DNA of 41,641 bases from Candidatus Hydrogenedentota bacterium (lineage in GTDB: Bacteria; Hydrogenedentota; Hydrogenedentia; Hydrogenedentales; JAEUWI01), in the NCBI GenBank assembly GCA_030432675.1, contig JAUIMA010000003.1, positions 1-41,641 of the forward strand, given 5' to 3'. Below the pieces are notes generated by a model that saw only the letters and a program-made list of their open reading frames with translations, was not told the origin of the DNA and searched no databases. This document shows, piece after piece, positions 37,901-41,641 of this stretch. Each line of letters begins with the position of its first letter. Position 1 is the stretch's first letter. Position numbers and translations under genes: made by a program.

Positions 37901-39794
37901 CACCCGGCTGTCCGAGGTTCAGGTTGACCGCCAACGCAGGAATCGCAGCCTTCACCTGATCGCTCGCCGCACCTACTTCTTCAAAAAAGGCCGCTGCACC
38001 GCCATCGTCCAGACGGATGCGGGGAAAGGCCCGGGCCAGTGAATCGACATTGCCCCGGTAAAAAGGCTCGGGCGGCGCCACCACGTTTTCGACAACCAGC
38101 ACATCGGTGGGCAGGGACATGTCGGCCAATTCCCGACGCTGAAGGGCAACCGCTTCCCGCAAGTCATCCAGGGTAGCGGGACCGACCGACTGCTGTTTTC
38201 GGCGCAAGTAGCGGGTATTTCCGGTGAGATCGTAGAGCCGGTTCATGGGGGCTATCCCCGGTGCCGTCAGATCGGTGACGATACCTTCCATAGGCGTCAT
38301 CCGCAGGAGCTGGGGAGTCTGGAGGGCAATGCCGGGCCGTTCCCAGGCCAGATAGTGGGGTGTGGTGCTATTGAGTTGGCTGCCCGCCATATGGAGACCC
38401 AACTGGAGATTCCGCCACAGGGCGGTCCCGCCCACGATGCGCTCATCGATAGGGGCATAGTTTCCCTGGACGGTGACGGCCCCCCGTTGGGCGGCATTTT
38501 CCAGGCTATCGCGCAAAGCCGGCATCGCCACGTACGGCTTGTACCAGGACCGGGCGTAGCCCAGGTCAAAGCCGTAACCCAGGGCCTGTTGGGAAAAAAG
38601 CAGCTGGCGCTTTACGCTGTCCAGATAGACTTCGTCGGTAGGCGGCATTTCGTCGATGGCGCTGGTATGGCCTGTAATCAGCCGAACGATTCCATCGCCT
38701 CCTCCCCCCGCGGTAACGGGCACCTGGGCAGTAAACTGTGAGGTGTCATCCCCACTCGCCAGGCGCACCGAGACGTCGATGGTGCTCCCCGCCGTGGCCG
38801 CGCCAATCGGGAGCGCGATGGGCACCTGGCGGGTCTCGCCGCCATCCAGGGCCTGGATTTCGACCAAATCAGGGAGGGGCATTCCGGGAACCGTCACAAT
38901 GGCTTCCACGGGTTCGGAGATATCCTCCAGCGGATTGTGGATAGTCAGCAAGACATCTTGCTTCAGGTCACCGGCAAAGCCCGAGACGGTGCCCGCGTTT
39001 TCCAGTTTCGGCACATAGAGCAATCGTCTCCCGATAGGCCGCGCATGGTGGAGCGCCACGGACAAAGCAAAGCCACTGGTCTTACGCAGTCGGGGCCGAT
39101 TGGCCATGGCACCCGCCGTCAACTGGGGCGTGCTGAGCCCCCGCGCCTGGGCCATGGCATTGTAATCCGCCCCGGGCACCTCGAAAACCACCAAGTTGTT
39201 TCCAGCGCGCAGGCCGATAGCGAGATAGTCTTTCCCCACAGCCTCCAGCGGGCCGGGCTCGTATTCTGCCACGGGAAATCCGTTTGCCCAGGCGCGCACT
39301 CCCAAGGGAGATTCAATGTCGAGCAGTATCTGGGTGAGTATGGGCGAGTCGACATAAAAGGCGGCATAGGCCACGCCGGAAACATCGTCGGGAAAGAAGG
39401 GGGCCAGGTCCAGCTCAGGCCCCGTCGTACCGGCCTCTTGCCAGAGGGCATCTTCCCCGCCCTCCCGGGGAATCCGCATGAGGTGGCGGGGACGAAGGCG
39501 GGCAATCGGGATATTGGTCGCCATAAAGTCCGTGTCGCTCAGGGCCGGGGCATCATCCCGAATCGCTGCCAGTACGCCACCCGGCACATCGGGTTCGAAA
39601 GGTCCACACACAAGCCAGTGGGCGATATATCCCCGCTCCAGAATAGGTGCGAGGCCCTCGTACTGCTCCTGCGCCGACCCCGTATGAGCACTGAGGAGCG
39701 TTAGGAGCAACACCACGTGGGATGCTATGCGAAAGGGACCTTTCACGTCAGCGGGACTCCGTGGCTTCGGCAGCGCCATCGTTCTGAGCGACAT
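34935..39794 (-). CDS. Large secreted GH38 (alpha-mannosidase)-like multidomain protein with degenerate active site
   Basis: 1619 aa; signal peptide; WLVCGPF N-domain; GH38-like segments GNYAPIDE..GGTALWRNLQLG, LVVVNP, LPPYGYATY, IENEHL...GAIRSLLDK, FRYGIFP..GDWR. Confidence 0.75.
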   Translation of the reverse strand: MSLRTMALPKPRSPADVKGPFRIASHVVLLLTLLSAHTGSAQEQYEGLAPILERGYIAHWLVCGPFEPDVPGGVLAAIRDDAPALSDTDFMATNIPIARLRPRHLMRIPREGGEDALWQEAGTTGPELDLAPFFPDDVSGVAYAAFYVDSPILTQILLDIESPLGVRAWANGFPVAEYEPGPLEAVGKDYLAIGLRAGNNLVVFEVPGADYNAMAQARGLSTPQLTAGAMANRPRLRKTSGFALSVALHHARPIGRRLLYVPKLENAGTVSGFAGDLKQDVLLTIHNPLEDISEPVEAIVTVPGMPLPDLVEIQALDGGETRQVPIALPIGAATAGSTIDVSVRLASGDDTSQFTAQVPVTAGGGGDGIVRLITGHTSAIDEMPPTDEVYLDSVKRQLLFSQQALGYGFDLGYARSWYKPYVAMPALRDSLENAAQRGAVTVQGNYAPIDERIVGGTALWRNLQLGLHMAGSQLNSTTPHYLAWERPGIALQTPQLLRMTPMEGIVTDLTAPGIAPMNRLYDLTGNTRYLRRKQQSVGPATLDDLREAVALQRRELADMSLPTDVLVVENVVAPPEPFYRGNVDSLARAFPRIRLDDGGAAAFFEEVGAASDQVKAAIPALAVNLNLGQPGALLSQPALQRVHTELARQLEDAESLATLASLQGAVYPHSAMEFAWRQLLYYSTPETLGVPADEEHVLDALAAYREVAEWTDDSLRRSSEYLAGLVDTAGTVPLNQGLFDALVVVNPTGSRGTVPVSVQLPVAPNAGLNLVNEAGSPVAHVAEAYQGEQRLDFLAEDLPPYGYATYFVQAAERASRALVTEDMQIENEHLALFVDPATGAIRSLLDKVSGDEIAAGPLNEIVLLTERESENRGAQELWTGPPSSRGPAPSSIKAEVTAFRQRIRVETPLGGGTLTQDYSLYAGIPWVECETTLDGVNLSGKAAAASFAFRPDGASFLVGERFGTVVGARGQDDFVLRTRGGENVGGTVPYPANEWVALSANDAIQVGSGGVVPWEPTIIVYGHEQLERPARELQQALISRGIPSILQSDAPEKPDFLWTDSTTEQDSNDYLRAGYRMRVVLGTPDQNRFCGPLLAQVPEGTLQDYVDRIPSGARLLLHDVQVPDGVAPVPTLLLGGLTPAQSADLADQLTRAVRTGQRYLLPPSAYVPARIQQEPARGNALLFPGTLSVSQQKDGRLLLGLQHRTPLERKGGDGAELLDVTRFRYGIFPFQGDWRSARVPEMAARFTVKPVVARTEMHPGELPATQAFLEVSPPGVRVGGLKPAGFPTTTNTRTAFHPRDGYTLLAWEPTGARWSGTLQSSTGMLEAQGTDVLERPQTPWSVAGGGVSLEANGFQVLPLWFLPNVTKPLDGLARLGREAEPHGVLETRYWDERRGAAPVRKMPIGLLLRGSLTGDTPAIEVVVSNHTTDRTVQGTVNLEATSGLTFGPQSVYYSLGAGEQQVETIQLARSPDMEDEMAVVAETVFERQTYRDVLMTNEAPYVMETSRNGAQIRVSIRNNSSVYAKGYLDAIASPEHWGEGRNFPEFTVAPRRATVSVAPFKSQNIVFSLSDPDAAFPVVMKLAANGLVAYQRVTGAASVDVEEGTAAGAVAPPPPRARN

Positions 39795-40902
39795 GCGCAG
39801 TCTCCGCCGGGTAGTAATCGCGCAGGGCGTTTACCGGGCTGTAGGCACGGTTCGCCTGAAACTGGAGTACAAACAGAATAAGGCACAAGATGGTGGTGAT
39901 GGCCACGGTGGGCCTCCCCCACGCTTCAAAACGCATGAGCCACGCACTCAGGGCGGCCAGGGCCACGCCACACATCGCCAGGGGAAAGAAAAGCTGTCCC
40001 GCGTTCTCCAGGGTCACATAGTTAATCGGAAGGGCACCGGGGTACACTCGGAAGAACAACACGGCCAACACGGCGAAACGGAAGGGAGCCGATTTCACCT
40101 TAAACAGTGCCCAACCCAGCACAAGCATCACCCCAATACCCCATGCCCACCCCTGCCAGGCGTGGGCTTCAGCGTGGGCCACCGTTTCGGGCAACAGTCC
40201 AATGGGATAAAACACGAGCAAGAGGGGTCCCACGATGGAATCAAGCGTGGGCATCTGGGCGTAGAGAATATCAAGATGGAACCAGTTCGCCACCATGGTC
40301 ACCCCGAGGAATGGTAGCAGGCGGAGCCAATTGCGTTCCTCACTATCGCCGACAAAGAACTCCATCAGAATCAAGACGCCCAACAGGGCCGCATTCACGG
40401 CGAAAATACCGTTTGCGACGGCGAAGCACAACAGCGCGATGGCATAGGGCGCCACGCCCCCCTCTTGACGTAATCGCGTGTACGCCAGCAGGGTGGCCAA
40501 CGCCATGAAGGCAGCCATACCGTAGTAAATGCCCGTGGCGCTGAACAGCACCTCCGTCTTAACGGGATGGGCCATGAGGAAGGTGCCCGCCAACGAGCCC
40601 AACCAGGCCGGTCCGCCCACCAGCCGCCGGGTGAGCAAGAACACCAGCGCCATGCAACCAAAGAGAATGGGTAAGGCCAACACGGCCACCTCGACAATTG
40701 GACTACGTGCAAATCCGTCGAACCACATGGAAAGCCATGGCCACACGGCCGGATAGTCAAAATCCCGAGTGGTCATGCCCCCATTGGGCAGCACAATAAG
40801 ACTCGAGCCGTAGACCAGGATTAGATAGAAGGTCATGGTGACGAAAAAGAATCCGGCACCGGGCTTCTTGCGGGCTTGTTGGCTGTCGTGTGTATCATCC
40901 AT
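39748..40902 (-). CDS. Multi-TM GT-C-fold-like membrane protein (TMTC/PMT-related)
   Basis: Likely start ATG 40902; the upstream extension to 41295 crosses a terminator. About 10 TMs; FLMAHPVKTEVL resembles the HP..TE.V motif of TMTC-like glycosyltransferases. Confidence 0.65.
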   Translation of the reverse strand: MDDTHDSQQARKKPGAGFFFVTMTFYLILVYGSSLIVLPNGGMTTRDFDYPAVWPWLSMWFDGFARSPIVEVAVLALPILFGCMALVFLLTRRLVGGPAWLGSLAGTFLMAHPVKTEVLFSATGIYYGMAAFMALATLLAYTRLRQEGGVAPYAIALLCFAVANGIFAVNAALLGVLILMEFFVGDSEERNWLRLLPFLGVTMVANWFHLDILYAQMPTLDSIVGPLLLVFYPIGLLPETVAHAEAHAWQGWAWGIGVMLVLGWALFKVKSAPFRFAVLAVLFFRVYPGALPINYVTLENAGQLFFPLAMCGVALAALSAWLMRFEAWGRPTVAITTILCLILFVLQFQANRAYSPVNALRDYYPAETAHVAQNDGAAEATESR

Positions 40903-41203
40903 GATGGGGCCAAGTATAGCCCTTTTAAGGGGATTAACTACAACCAATGCGCGCAACTCGCCCTGAAAATCCTCCCCGACAAACGAAGGAGAACACGGCC
41001 ATGGCAGAAAGCAAAGAATCCTGTGCGGCCCATGGAGCGCGGTGTGTCTGCACCTGTTGATTCCAGGGAGACCGGTCGCATGGACACGGGGCATGACGCG
41101 CTGGAATCTTGGAAGAAAACGCACGAACCGGAGTACCGGGTCGCGCGGCACAGCCGGAGAATCTACATGAGTCGTTGGGGAGAGAGGGGTTGCGGCCTCT
41201 CCG

Positions 41204-41244
41204 AAACAAAGCCCCCTCATCGGGCACATGACCAATGAGGGGGC
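41204..41244 (-). terminator. Rho-independent terminator
   Basis: Stem GCCCCCTCAT / ATGAGGGGGC, followed on the minus strand by TTTGTTT; 22 nt after the stop at 41267. Confidence 0.8.
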
Positions 41245-41266
41245 GCGATTGCTATAGGGGCTGGTA

Positions 41267-41641
41267 TTAACGCTGGGGGCGCCGTCCGAACGCAACCAGG
41301 GTCAACAGCGTAAGACTGAAGAGGAAGAACTCTTCTACTTTGTCGGCCAGGGTCTGTGCAACGCCCTGTTTCGAGGGCGCGCAACCCGGCGTCGTTACTT
41401 CGACGCGGGCCTCAAGCTCTGCCTCCGACAGAAAGCCATCGCTGTTGGTGTCCAGCGCATCAAACTGGGTGGTTGTCACCGCAGACAAGGACGCCATGGC
41501 CTCTGCCAATGACAGCTGCCCATCATTATCCACGTCCGCAACAGCGAACAGGTTCAAGAGCGCCTCGGCGGCGGCATCCAGCGTCACTTCACCTTCACCT
41601 TCACCTTCACCTTCACCTTCACCTTCACCTTCACCTTCGCC
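41267..41641 (-). CDS. Partial CDS: C-terminus of a surface protein with (GE)n linker, EF-hand pair and C-terminal membrane anchor
   Basis: The frame is open to the window edge: (GE)9-VTLDAAAEALL...DVDNDGQLSLAE...DTNSDGFLSEAE...GC...FFLFSLTLLTLVAFGRRPQR. Confidence 0.9.
   Translation of the reverse strand, partial: GEGEGEGEGEGEGEGEGEVTLDAAAEALLNLFAVADVDNDGQLSLAEAMASLSAVTTTQFDALDTNSDGFLSEAELEARVEVTTPGCAPSKQGVAQTLADKVEEFFLFSLTLLTLVAFGRRPQR
41587..41641. repeat. Hexanucleotide tandem repeat (CTTCAC)n encoding a Gly-Glu linker
   Basis: 8 perfect CTTCAC units plus CTTCGC, running off the window edge. Confidence 0.97.

Noticed and set aside
40903-41295. 131-aa N-terminal extension of the GT-C-like ORF
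   Set aside because: It crosses a terminator, overlaps the upstream gene and has no protein-like composition.
41587-41641. Hexamer repeat as a phase-variation locus or CRISPR
   Set aside because: The unit length is a multiple of 3, so copy-number changes only alter linker length; there are no spacers.

Overview
A GC-rich (roughly 60%) bacterial chromosomal window with about 26 protein-coding genes. I found no rRNA, tRNA, CRISPR array or mobile element. Three signatures suggest Candidatus Hydrogenedentota or a related lineage (inference only): a (Gly-Glu)n linker before an EF-hand pair and C-terminal anchor, a DUF1559/H-X9-DG prepilin, and lipoboxes ending in GC-P. Left to right: a partial pseudopilin-like gene; a membrane protein; an MshEN-T2SSE_N-PAS-GGDEF fusion; a NifA-like sigma54 activator; a separately promoted 64-aa peptide; an operon of three lipoproteins (one LRR, two giant paralogous BACON-repeat/vWA proteins); small Cys-rich and Zn-ribbon proteins; a stand-alone receiver protein; a GH123-like protein; a prepilin-like gene; a secA-transglutaminase-ABC exporter-yjbQ operon; sulfatase-like, metallophosphoesterase and PL26-like genes; a GT-C-like/GH38-like/CPBP-like operon; and the 3' end of a surface protein. 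Most interesting: (1) the LRR plus twin vWA lipoprotein system and its upstream peptide, (2) the c-di-GMP receptor/cyclase fusion, and (3) several intact enzyme-family genes whose catalytic residues appear lost. All family assignments come from motif recognition by eye, not from database searches.
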